The notes under the pieces: model-generated | Databases searched by the model: none | The model's input: only the letters and a program-made list of their open reading frames with translations | Told to the model about the DNA's origin: nothing | Translations under genes and position numbers: made by a program | NCBI GenBank assembly: GCA_044344255.1 | Contig: JBIJDH010000008.1 | Span: forward strand, 32,001-96,000 | Origin: Myxococcota bacterium | GTDB taxonomy: Bacteria; Myxococcota_A; UBA796; UBA2385 | DNA: 64,000 nt | Direction of reading: 5' to 3' | Part shown: positions 34,841-43,139 of the stretch, piece by piece | Numbering within the stretch: the first letter of the stretch is position 1 | How the letters are laid out: each line of letters begins with the position of its first letter

Positions 34841-37294
34841 ATGGCAACGCGCCCCTCCTTGATGGCCCTCCTCGTGCTCACCGTGGCGTGCACGAAGACA
34901 GATCCGAGCCCGGTCACGGGAGAGGCCAAGACCCCCAACACCCCGGCCCGCCCCTCGGGTCCCTCCCTCGTGCTCGTCACGATGGACACCACCCGCACCG
35001 ACCACATCGGCGCCTACGGCTACGCGATCGCCAACACGCCCAACGTGGACAGCCTGGCCGCTGAGGGGGTGCGCTTTGACCGGGCCTACGCCTCCATCCC
35101 ACTCACCACGCCGTCGCACGCCACGATGTTGACGGGCACCTACCCGCCCCGCCACGGCGTCCACAACAACGGCGACTCCATCCTCCCCGACGAGGCCGTG
35201 TCGCTCGCGGAGATCTTGCAGGAGAAGGGCTACCACACCGGCGCCAGCGTCTCGGCCTTCGTCACCACCAAGGTCTGGAACCTCGACCAGGGCTTCGACA
35301 TCTACGCCGACTCGGTGAGCAAGGGTGGAAAGCGGCCGAAGATGGCGGGCGCCAAGGACGGTAAGGCCCGTAACCGCCGTCAGGCCAACTCCCGGTGGTC
35401 CCAAGAGCGGCCCGCCAACGAGGTCGTGGACGACGCCATCGAGTTCATCGGCGGCCTCCCGAAGAAGGACGAGCCCTTCTTCTTGTGGGTCCACTTCTAC
35501 GATCCCCACCAGCCCCTCGAGGCGCCGGAGCCCTGGGCCTCAGCGATGCCCAATCGGCCCTACGACGCGGAGATCGCGTTCATGGACGAACAGATCGGCC
35601 GCCTGAAGCAGACGATCGACGCCACCGGTCAAAAAGTGGCCTGGATGGCGGTGGCCGATCACGGCGAGGCCAAGGGCGGTGAGCACGGCGAGCATGACCA
35701 CGGCACCTTCCTCTTCGATGCCACCATGCACATCCCCTTCATCATCCGTCCCCCGGAGCCCATCCCCGGCGGCAAGGCCGTGGCGACGACCGTGGGCAAC
35801 GTCGACGTGATGCCCACGGCCCTCGGCATGCTGGGGCTGCCCGTGCCCGAAGGTCTTGACGGCAAGGACCTCACCCCGATGATCAAGGGTGAGGGCGGTC
35901 GCGATCAGGGTGTGTACATGGAGTCTGTGACGGTCGCCAATCGGTTCGGATACCACCCGGAGATCGGGCTCGTGGAGGGCCCGCTCAAGCTGATGAAGAC
36001 GCCGAACCCCCGGCTCTTCGACGTGAGCGCGGATCCGGGTGAGCTCACGAACATCATCTCGAGCCGGCCGGACGACGTCAAGCGCATGGGCGATCAGATC
36101 GACGCCTTCCGCGCCGCGACGCGCACCGCCACCACCAATACGGCGGTCGCCTCCCCCGAGGTGATGGCTCAGCTCGAGGCCCTCGGGTACATGGGCGCCG
36201 GCGAGAACAACGACGCCGCCGAGACCTCAACCGTCGACGCCAAAGACAAGCTCGACGTCATCAAGCGCCTCGACGAGACGCGTCGGATCGGCAAGGACCC
36301 CTCCAAGCGAAAGGAGGCCATCGCTACGTACCGGGCCATCCTCGCGGCGGAGCCGCAGATCGCCGAGGCCCGGCTGGAGCTGACCCGCCTGCTCACCCGG
36401 GACGGAGACTTCCCCGAGGCCGAGAAGGTGCTCCGAGAGGCCCTCACGCGGGAGCCGAGCTCGACGGTGCTCCACAGCAGCCTCGCCTCCAACCTCACGC
36501 AGCAGAAGCGCCTCGACGAGGCCCTGATCGAGTACCAGGCGATCCTGATCGCCGTCCCCGGCGATGAGACGGCGAACGTCGGCTACGTGAACACCCTGTT
36601 CCGGTTGGACCGGAAGGATGAGGCCGTCGCGAAGTGCCTCGAGCGCCTCGCCGTGGACCCCAAGAGCTACGCGCTGCACTCCTTGGCGGGGGTGATGCTG
36701 ACGAACCTGAGCCGCTTCGACGAGGCCGAGCCGCACCTCATCGCCAGCCTCGGGGACGACATCCCCCGACGCGAGGTGCACGAGATGCTGGCCCGCATCG
36801 CGACCGTGAAGGGAGACGAAGCGGGGATGGTGTCCGAGCTCTATCTGGAGCTGGAGATCAACCCCCGCAACCGACCGGTCCGCCAGGCCCTGGCCCGCTA
36901 CTTCATGCAGCAGCGCCAGTGGGACGACGCGGTGGCCGAGTTCCAAGCGCTCTCCGAAGAGACGCCGAACGACCCCGCCGCGCGGATGTGGTGGGCCCAA
37001 GCCGTCTTCAACTCGGGCGCCTACGACGTCGCCGCCGAGGTGCTGGCGCCGGTGCTCACGATGGCCCCCGACTACGCCGAGGCCATCATGCTGCAGGCCA
37101 ACATCGTCGGGAAGCTGGGAGACCGAGAGCAGGCCGAGAAGCTGGCGAACGAAGCCAAGGAGCTGAAGGCGACCCAAGGCAACCGGCCGCCTCGGGTGAT
37201 CGACGAGGGGCAGCAGGCCTGGCCGGAGGGCCCGGACGCCGCCAAGAAGGGCAAGACCGGAAAGGCTGGAAAGGCCTCCCCCCCGGCCCCGTAG
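34841..37294 (+). CDS. Sulfatase-like (alkaline phosphatase superfamily) lipoprotein with TPR C-terminal half
   Basis: Lipobox LTVA-C; LVTMDTTRTDH, TPNVD.LA.EG, TTPSHATMLTG, HFYDPH, ADHGE; TPR repeats in the C-terminal half. Confidence 0.88.
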   Translation: MATRPSLMALLVLTVACTKTDPSPVTGEAKTPNTPARPSGPSLVLVTMDTTRTDHIGAYGYAIANTPNVDSLAAEGVRFDRAYASIPLTTPSHATMLTGTYPPRHGVHNNGDSILPDEAVSLAEILQEKGYHTGASVSAFVTTKVWNLDQGFDIYADSVSKGGKRPKMAGAKDGKARNRRQANSRWSQERPANEVVDDAIEFIGGLPKKDEPFFLWVHFYDPHQPLEAPEPWASAMPNRPYDAEIAFMDEQIGRLKQTIDATGQKVAWMAVADHGEAKGGEHGEHDHGTFLFDATMHIPFIIRPPEPIPGGKAVATTVGNVDVMPTALGMLGLPVPEGLDGKDLTPMIKGEGGRDQGVYMESVTVANRFGYHPEIGLVEGPLKLMKTPNPRLFDVSADPGELTNIISSRPDDVKRMGDQIDAFRAATRTATTNTAVASPEVMAQLEALGYMGAGENNDAAETSTVDAKDKLDVIKRLDETRRIGKDPSKRKEAIATYRAILAAEPQIAEARLELTRLLTRDGDFPEAEKVLREALTREPSSTVLHSSLASNLTQQKRLDEALIEYQAILIAVPGDETANVGYVNTLFRLDRKDEAVAKCLERLAVDPKSYALHSLAGVMLTNLSRFDEAEPHLIASLGDDIPRREVHEMLARIATVKGDEAGMVSELYLELEINPRNRPVRQALARYFMQQRQWDDAVAEFQALSEETPNDPAARMWWAQAVFNSGAYDVAAEVLAPVLTMAPDYAEAIMLQANIVGKLGDREQAEKLANEAKELKATQGNRPPRVIDEGQQAWPEGPDAAKKGKTGKAGKASPPAP

Positions 37295-37309
37295 TCGGAC
37301 CCGCGCATT

Positions 37310-37404
37310 CGGGGCCCCGCCGTCGGGGCCCCGCCCACGGGGCCCCGCCATCGGGGCCCCGACGGCGGGACCCCCGACGGCGAGTCGCACGACGGGGGAC
37401 CCCC
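37310..37404. repeat. Array of the palindrome CGGGGCCCCG at 14-bp period (4 perfect + degenerate copies)
   Basis: Perfect copies at 37310, 37324, 37338, 37352; degenerate copies at 37366 and about 37393. Confidence 0.92.
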
Positions 37405-37437
37405 AAAAAGGAAGACCCCCGCCGTGAAGCGGGGGTC
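37405..37437 (-). terminator. Rho-independent terminator of the Tyr-rich lipoprotein gene
   Basis: 9-bp stem GACCCCCGC/GCGGGGGTC, 6-nt loop, followed by TTCCTTTTT on the minus strand, 21 nt past the stop. Confidence 0.85.
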
Positions 37438-37458
37438 GGTTGGCCTCAGGCCGATGAA

Positions 37459-38106
37459 CTACTCGACGTAGAACGTACCGTACCAGAGGCTGGTCAGGTA
37501 GTAGTAGCCCTGGTACCCGTAGGAGGGGTAGTCCAGGTAGTAGTAGTAGTCCACGTAGCCGCCGTAGAAGTCAACGCCGGAGCCGTTGTCGTAGGCGTAC
37601 CAGATCGGCATCCAGTAGCCGCCGTACTCGTAGTAGTACCACATCACCTCGTAGGCGCCGTAGTAGTCGCCGTCGTAGCCGAAGCCGTACGCCATGTCGC
37701 CGCCGCCGCACGAGCCGGAGTCGTAGGACGCGCCGGAGTCGTAGGCGAGGTCGATGTCGAAGGCCCACTCGCAGTCGTCACAGGAGCTGTTCGGGCTGTT
37801 CGAGGAGGCGTCCCAGTAGAGGGCGCAGGCGTAGTCGCTGGCGCTGGTCGAGGTGCCAGCGAGACGAGCGAGACCGCCGGAGAGGGAGCTGAACTCGCCT
37901 TCGCCTTCGCCTTCGCCTTCGCCTTCGCCTTCGCCTTCGCCTTCGCCTTCGCCTTCGCCTTCGCCTTCGCCTTCGCCTTCGCCTTCGCCTTCGCCTTCGC
38001 CTTCGCCCTCAGCGGCGCCGCTGTCGGTGGAGGCCTTGTCAACACAGCCCGCGGCCCCGAGGGCCACAAAGGCGAGAACACCAGTGGTAAGCGCGAAACG
38101 GTTCAT
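37459..38106 (-). CDS. Tyr-rich lipoprotein with (GE)n linker, unknown function
   Basis: AAGGAG RBS; lipobox LGAAG-C; GE linker; CxxC; 30 Tyr in 215 aa; own terminator. Confidence 0.88.
   Translation of the reverse strand: MNRFALTTGVLAFVALGAAGCVDKASTDSGAAEGEGEGEGEGEGEGEGEGEGEGEGEGEGEGEGEGEGEGEFSSLSGGLARLAGTSTSASDYACALYWDASSNSPNSSCDDCEWAFDIDLAYDSGASYDSGSCGGGDMAYGFGYDGDYYGAYEVMWYYYEYGGYWMPIWYAYDNGSGVDFYGGYVDYYYYLDYPSYGYQGYYYLTSLWYGTFYVE
37895..38002 (-). repeat. Coding hexanucleotide microsatellite, 18 perfect copies (TCGCCT on + strand) encoding Gly-Glu
   Basis: Read directly. Confidence 0.95.
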
Positions 38107-38378
38107 CTCAACGTCTCCTTCTTGACGGGTTTGGGGGGGCTCCCCGAAGCCATGGTATTTCAACCAGGGGGGGATCGCCACAGGGACTTGCAGGAGCCTT
38201 GCTCGATCTCCTTGATGTTGTCGCGGAGCGGAGGGAGCGGACCCTCTCCACCCGACGGTCAACATCGGCAGAGTCAACCGGCCTGTCTGCCCGGTCTGAT
38301 CTCAGCATAGCCCGAGCCCCGCGGGAGCGCTACATCGCCCCGACCCTGTTGACGCCCGCGCCGCTGGAGGCCACCCGA

Positions 38379-41300
38379 ATGTCGCTCTTCACTCCACACG
38401 TCCTGGGCTCCGTCCTCGCCCTCGCGCTCACCCCCGCCCGCGCCACGGTCCCCATGCCCACCTACGCCGAGTGTGGGACCCCCGACCGCCCCGATCTATG
38501 CCCCGCCGACCTCGGCGAAGATTGGGCGCTGCTCTCTTACGTCCCAGCGGCCTGGAAGGCGACCACCCGCGAGGCCGAGTGGAGCATCGGCACCGGGCTC
38601 GGGGCCGACCGAGCCTGGCGCACCACGACGGGGCGCACGGATGTGGTCATCGCCGTCCTCGACAGCGGCATCCTCTGGGATCAGCCCAAGCTGTGGCGAA
38701 AACACTATTTGAACGCCGGTGAGCTTCCGCTCCCTCAAGATGTGCTCGGCAGTGACGCCCTTGAGTACGACTTCAACGGCGACGGCCTCTTCAACATCGA
38801 AGACTGGGCTGACGATCCGCGCGTGGATCCCGCCGCCGGGGTGGACGCGGCCGACACCATGCTCGACCCCTCCGACCTCATCGCCACCTTCTCCGACGGC
38901 ATCGACGACGACGGCGACGGCTACACCGATGACATCTCGGGCTGGGACTTCCTCTGGAACGACAACGACCCCTACGACGACACCCGCTACGACCACGGCA
39001 CCTACGAAGGCGAGGAGTCCGTCCAGGAGGGGGATGACGAGTACGGCGGAGTGGGGGTCTGCCCGAGCTGCATGCTGCTCAGCGTGAGGGTGAGCGACTC
39101 CTTCGTCGCCGACGGCACCAGCTTCGGCGCCGCCGCGCTCTTCGCGGTAGACAGCGGCGCCGACGTGCTCCAGGTGGCCCTCGGCGACATGTCCAACCCG
39201 AGCCTCGCCCAGCGGGCCGTAGACTACGCCTGGGAGCACGGCGTGCTCATGGTGGGCTCCGCGGCCGACGAGACGGCCTACCACCCGAACGCCCCGGCCA
39301 GCAACGAGCGCGTCCTCTACGTGCACGCCATCCGCCACGATGAAGACGACGCCGACGAGTCCACGAGCTTCCTGGCGTACTCGAACTGCACCAACCACGG
39401 GGTGCGCCTCGACCTCTCCGCGCCCTCGGGGGGCTGCTCCTCCGGCGCCACCGCGATGACCGCCGGAGCCGCCGGGCTCCTCCTCTCTGCCGCCAAGGAC
39501 CGCGGGATCAAGCTGGCGCCGGGCGAGCTCTTCCAGCTCCTCACCACGAACATCGTCGACATCGACATCCCCGAGTCTCGCGAGAGCGGGAGCGAGTGGT
39601 ACCCGAGCAAAGAAGGCTGGGATCGATACTTCGGACCGGGTCGCCTGAACGCGGCGGCTGCGGTCGAGGCCGTCGCCGCCGGGCAGATCCCGCCGATGGC
39701 CAGCATCGACTCCCCGCGCTGGTACGAGCTCGTCAACCCCGAGGTCGGCCCGATCCTCGAGATCCGGGCCACCATGGACGCGCCCCGCTCCGCGGTGGCC
39801 TCCTGGACCCTCGCCTGGGGGGCCGGTGACCAGCCCGACGCCGCCGATCTGCACGAGATCGCCAGCGGCACCAGCGGCGCCGCCGGGGTGATCGCCACCC
39901 TCGAGCTCGCCACCCTCGCGGCGGAGATCGATCCTTCTGCCCCGCTGCAGGACTGGGCCCTGGGGGCCGACCAGATCGACCGCGAAGACGCCGTCAACCG
40001 CTACACCGTGAGCCTCCGCCTCTCTGTCACCGACACCGAGGGCCGCGTCGCCCAGGCCCGCAAGGCCTTCTACCTGCACGCCGACCCCGACGCCCTCCCC
40101 GGCTTCCCGCTCCGACTCGGGCCCTCCCTCGAGGCCTCCCCCACCCTCTACGACATCGACGGGGACGGCGTCCTCGACATCATCCAGGGCGACGCGGACG
40201 GGATGCTGCACGTGCTGCACGGCGCCGGCGATGAGCTCCCCGGCTTCCCCGTTCAGCTCGGCCTCATCGAGGAGGTCGATCCCGACGCCCCGACGAACCT
40301 CCTCGCCGCGCCGGGCTTCGCCGCGGTCGCCGCAGGCAGCGGGCCCTCGATCGTCTCCAGCGCAGCGGTGGCCGACCTCGACGGGGACGGCTCCCCGGAG
40401 ATCGTCGCCGCCACGCTTCGGGGGCTCCTGTACGTGATCGAGGCCGATGGGTCGGTGCGCCCGGGCTTCCCGGTCGAGCAAGAGCCGGTCACCTTCACCG
40501 ACCCTGAGAACCTCTACGACGAGGGCTTCTTCGGCTCGCCCGCCCTCGGTGACCTCGACAATGACGGCCAGCTCGACATCGTCATCGGCGGCATGGACCA
40601 GCGGGTCTACGTCTGGGACGCCGATGGCCAGGCCCTCCCCGGCTGGCCGCTGCGCGCCACCTTCCCCGGCTACGAAGATCAAGGCAGCCGCATCGTCGGC
40701 TCGCCCGCCCTCGGTGACCTCGATGAAGACGGTGTCATCGACGTGGTCATCGGCACGGCGGAGACCCTCTCCGACACCACGGGCGCCCTCTACGCCTTCC
40801 ACGGCCAGGGAACGGCGCACCCCGACGGCCCGAACCTGCCCGGCTGGCCGATCCGCCTCTTCGGCGCCTACACCCAGGCCCTCCCCTACGTGGGCGAGGG
40901 CATCCCAGGCAGCCCCGCCCTCGCCGACATCGACGGAGACGGCCACCTCGAGGTGACCGGCCACACGATGGCCGGTGACCTGCCCATCCTCCGCGGCGAT
41001 GGCACCGAGGTGTACACCGCCGGCCTCGCCGCTGACCAATTCGGCCCCCAGAGCAACCTGAACGACGCCGCCCTCTTCCCGCTGATCAACTCCTCGTCCT
41101 TCGGAGACCTGGACGGCGACGGCCTCCCCGACCTCGTGACCGGCGGCATCGGCGCTGGCTACGCCCTCGGCCTGCTGCACGACGGCAAGTTCTCTCCCTT
41201 CGACGACGCGGTCGGTGCCTGGAGCGGGCTCACCGGCACCTACCTGGAGGGCTGGCCGCGGGTGATCGAAGACATTCAGTTCTTCATGAACCCCGCCATC

Positions 41301-41759
41301 GCGGACCTCGACGATGACGGTCGCCCCGAGGTCCTCGCCGCGTCCGGCGGCTTCCTGCTCCACGCCTGGGACGTGTCCGGAGAGGAGCCGGCGGGCTGGC
41401 CCAAGTTCACCGGCCAGTGGGTGCTCGCGAGCCCGGCCGTCGGAGACGTAGACGGAGACGGCCTCCTCGACGTGGTGGTCGGCACGCGCCAGGGCTGGCT
41501 CTTCGCCTGGACCACGAGCAGCCCCGCTGGCGCTCGAGTGGAGTGGGCCGGCTTCGGGCATGACCCCGCCCACACCCGGAACTACTCCACCCCCCTCCCC
41601 GAGGGCTACAACACCGACACCGACGGCCTCACCGACGGGGCCAAGGGCTCCTATCAGGGTGGCTGCGGCGGCTGCGCTCAGGGAACGGGCAGGCGGGGCG
41701 ATTGGCTGCTCTCCGGCCTTGGGGTGGCGCTCCTCTTGGGCCTGCGGAGGCGGCGTTGA
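38379..41759 (+). CDS. Secreted S8-family (subtilisin-like) peptidase with FG-GAP repeats and MYXO-CTERM-like anchor
   Basis: GGAGG RBS, signal peptide; VIAVLDSG, DHGT, GCSSGA; many SPALGDLDxDG repeats; tail GGCGGC...LLLGLRRRR. Confidence 0.85.
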   Translation: MSLFTPHVLGSVLALALTPARATVPMPTYAECGTPDRPDLCPADLGEDWALLSYVPAAWKATTREAEWSIGTGLGADRAWRTTTGRTDVVIAVLDSGILWDQPKLWRKHYLNAGELPLPQDVLGSDALEYDFNGDGLFNIEDWADDPRVDPAAGVDAADTMLDPSDLIATFSDGIDDDGDGYTDDISGWDFLWNDNDPYDDTRYDHGTYEGEESVQEGDDEYGGVGVCPSCMLLSVRVSDSFVADGTSFGAAALFAVDSGADVLQVALGDMSNPSLAQRAVDYAWEHGVLMVGSAADETAYHPNAPASNERVLYVHAIRHDEDDADESTSFLAYSNCTNHGVRLDLSAPSGGCSSGATAMTAGAAGLLLSAAKDRGIKLAPGELFQLLTTNIVDIDIPESRESGSEWYPSKEGWDRYFGPGRLNAAAAVEAVAAGQIPPMASIDSPRWYELVNPEVGPILEIRATMDAPRSAVASWTLAWGAGDQPDAADLHEIASGTSGAAGVIATLELATLAAEIDPSAPLQDWALGADQIDREDAVNRYTVSLRLSVTDTEGRVAQARKAFYLHADPDALPGFPLRLGPSLEASPTLYDIDGDGVLDIIQGDADGMLHVLHGAGDELPGFPVQLGLIEEVDPDAPTNLLAAPGFAAVAAGSGPSIVSSAAVADLDGDGSPEIVAATLRGLLYVIEADGSVRPGFPVEQEPVTFTDPENLYDEGFFGSPALGDLDNDGQLDIVIGGMDQRVYVWDADGQALPGWPLRATFPGYEDQGSRIVGSPALGDLDEDGVIDVVIGTAETLSDTTGALYAFHGQGTAHPDGPNLPGWPIRLFGAYTQALPYVGEGIPGSPALADIDGDGHLEVTGHTMAGDLPILRGDGTEVYTAGLAADQFGPQSNLNDAALFPLINSSSFGDLDGDGLPDLVTGGIGAGYALGLLHDGKFSPFDDAVGAWSGLTGTYLEGWPRVIEDIQFFMNPAIADLDDDGRPEVLAASGGFLLHAWDVSGEEPAGWPKFTGQWVLASPAVGDVDGDGLLDVVVGTRQGWLFAWTTSSPAGARVEWAGFGHDPAHTRNYSTPLPEGYNTDTDGLTDGAKGSYQGGCGGCAQGTGRRGDWLLSGLGVALLLGLRRRR

Positions 41760-42922
41760 CCCCAGCGCTCCTGGGGCTCTGCCTCGGGCTCGGCCTCGCC
41801 ACCGCCACCGCCGCCGCCGCTCCCGCCGAGGACGGGAGCACGGCCGAGACCGAGGCGCCCCCGGGGCCCCCCGCGCCGGACCTCCGCCCCGACCTCTCCG
41901 TGCTCACCGACCCCGCCGCCGCCCGCGCCGAGCTCGAGCGGTACCGGCAATTCGTCTCGCGCGTGGGCGCCAGGCCACTCCCTGTGCCCCGCCCAGAGGC
42001 GCCTTGGCGCTTCGCCGCCGACATCCACGAGGAGCTCCTCCCTCTCGCGCTCGAGCGCCCCGGCGTCATCCAGCCCATCCGTGTGGGGCGCTCGGTGAAC
42101 GAGCGGCCGATCTGGGGCTTCGTGATCCGCGACCCCGGCGGCCCGCCCGTCACCCAGCGCCTCCTCGTCTTCGCGCAGATCCACCCGCTCGAGTGGATCG
42201 GGGCCGAGGTCGCCACGGACTGGCTGCACGAGCTCTTCGACGATCCACCGGCCGGCGTGGAGATCTGGCTCATCCCCATCCTCAACGTCGATGGCCGCCA
42301 GACCGTCGAGCAGGACCTCCTCGCCGGGAGGAACCTCTACCGCCGCGGGAACGCCAACCACGTCGACCTCAACCGCGACTTCGAGGTGAACCGGAGCTCG
42401 GAGGCGCTCTGGCGCCACATCATCCCGCGTCGCTACGGCACCTCGCCCGCCCCGCTCTCCCAGCCCGAATCGCGGGCCATCGATCACCTCGCGGGGGTGG
42501 TCCACTTCGACGCCAGCGTCAGTCTTCACGCCTTCGGGGGCTACATCTACTACCCCTGGGCGGGTCGCTTCCAGCGGCCGCCCGACTACCAGGAGCTCGA
42601 TCGGCTCGGCCACATCATGGCGGCTGGCCAAGGGGCCCGCGGCTACACCGTCCTCGAGCTCTCCCGTTGGGGCTTCTTCTTCCGCGGCCTCGGCCTCGAG
42701 CTCGACCACCTCTACGGAAAGTACGGCACCAAGGCCTTCCTCATCGAGCTCACCCGCTCGGGGATCCAGCCGCTCCATCCCGCGACGTGGCGGAGCCAGT
42801 TTCGCCTCTACAACCCCGCCGATCCTCGCCGACATGCCGCCCTCGGGGTGGGGGCGCTCCGGGCCCTCGCCCATGAGCTCGAGCGGCAGGCCACCACGGC
42901 GAGGCCGTCCCCCTCCCGTTGA
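41756..42922 (+). CDS. Secreted M14-family zinc carboxypeptidase
   Basis: TTGA overlap with the S8 gene; HPLE (HxxE), RRGNANHVDLNRDF, SQPES, SLHAFG, LIEL. Confidence 0.88.
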   Translation: MTPALLGLCLGLGLATATAAAAPAEDGSTAETEAPPGPPAPDLRPDLSVLTDPAAARAELERYRQFVSRVGARPLPVPRPEAPWRFAADIHEELLPLALERPGVIQPIRVGRSVNERPIWGFVIRDPGGPPVTQRLLVFAQIHPLEWIGAEVATDWLHELFDDPPAGVEIWLIPILNVDGRQTVEQDLLAGRNLYRRGNANHVDLNRDFEVNRSSEALWRHIIPRRYGTSPAPLSQPESRAIDHLAGVVHFDASVSLHAFGGYIYYPWAGRFQRPPDYQELDRLGHIMAAGQGARGYTVLELSRWGFFFRGLGLELDHLYGKYGTKAFLIELTRSGIQPLHPATWRSQFRLYNPADPRRHAALGVGALRALAHELERQATTARPSPSR

Positions 42923-42934
42923 TCCCCCCTCGCC

Positions 42935-42963
42935 TTGACGAAGCGCCGTTCCTTCCATAGGCC
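42935..42963 (+). promoter_or_regulatory. Possible sigma70 promoter
   Basis: TTGACG, 17-nt spacer, TAGGCC (weak -10). Confidence 0.4.
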
Positions 42964-42966
42964 GCC

Positions 42967-43134
42967 CTGCCCTCACCGGTCACCGGGAACGCGGGGCAGA
43001 CCGACGGCGAGAAGGACGCGGACAGAAAGGGAATGAAACGAGCGGTTCGGGTGATGAAGCCCGCCCGATCCCCAGCAGCGACCCCCAGCAGCGACCCGGC
43101 GGTCAGCGGGTCCTGACCCCCGGTACAGAGGCAG
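42967..43134 (+). ncRNA. Candidate structured 5' leader or ncRNA of unknown family
   Basis: Several helices visible by eye; ends are complementary (CTGCC..ACCGG / CCGGT..GGCAG); no family motif recognised. Confidence 0.3.
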
Positions 43135-43139
43135 ATCCC

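Noticed and set aside
37310..37404. Possible CRISPR array
   Set aside because: 10-bp repeats with 4-nt spacers are far too short, and there are no cas genes in the window
37459..37900. Diversity-generating retroelement target (TAC-rich region)
   Set aside because: No template repeat or reverse transcriptase in the window
37644..38125. (AK)n, (SP)n and (AF)n ORFs over the hexamer repeat
   Set aside because: These are alternative readings of the (GE)n microsatellite; only the minus-strand frame has an RBS, lipobox and terminator
38185..38210. Sigma54 promoter for the Tyr-rich gene (GAGCAAGGCTCCTGCA on the minus strand)
   Set aside because: It has AG rather than the invariant GG at -24
42994..43118. 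c-di-GMP-I riboswitch or hammerhead ribozyme (GGCAGACC...GGACGC; TGATGA...GAAAC)
   Set aside because: The required stems do not pair, GCAAA and CUGAUGA cores are not intact, and element order does not fit; retained only as an unassigned structured leader
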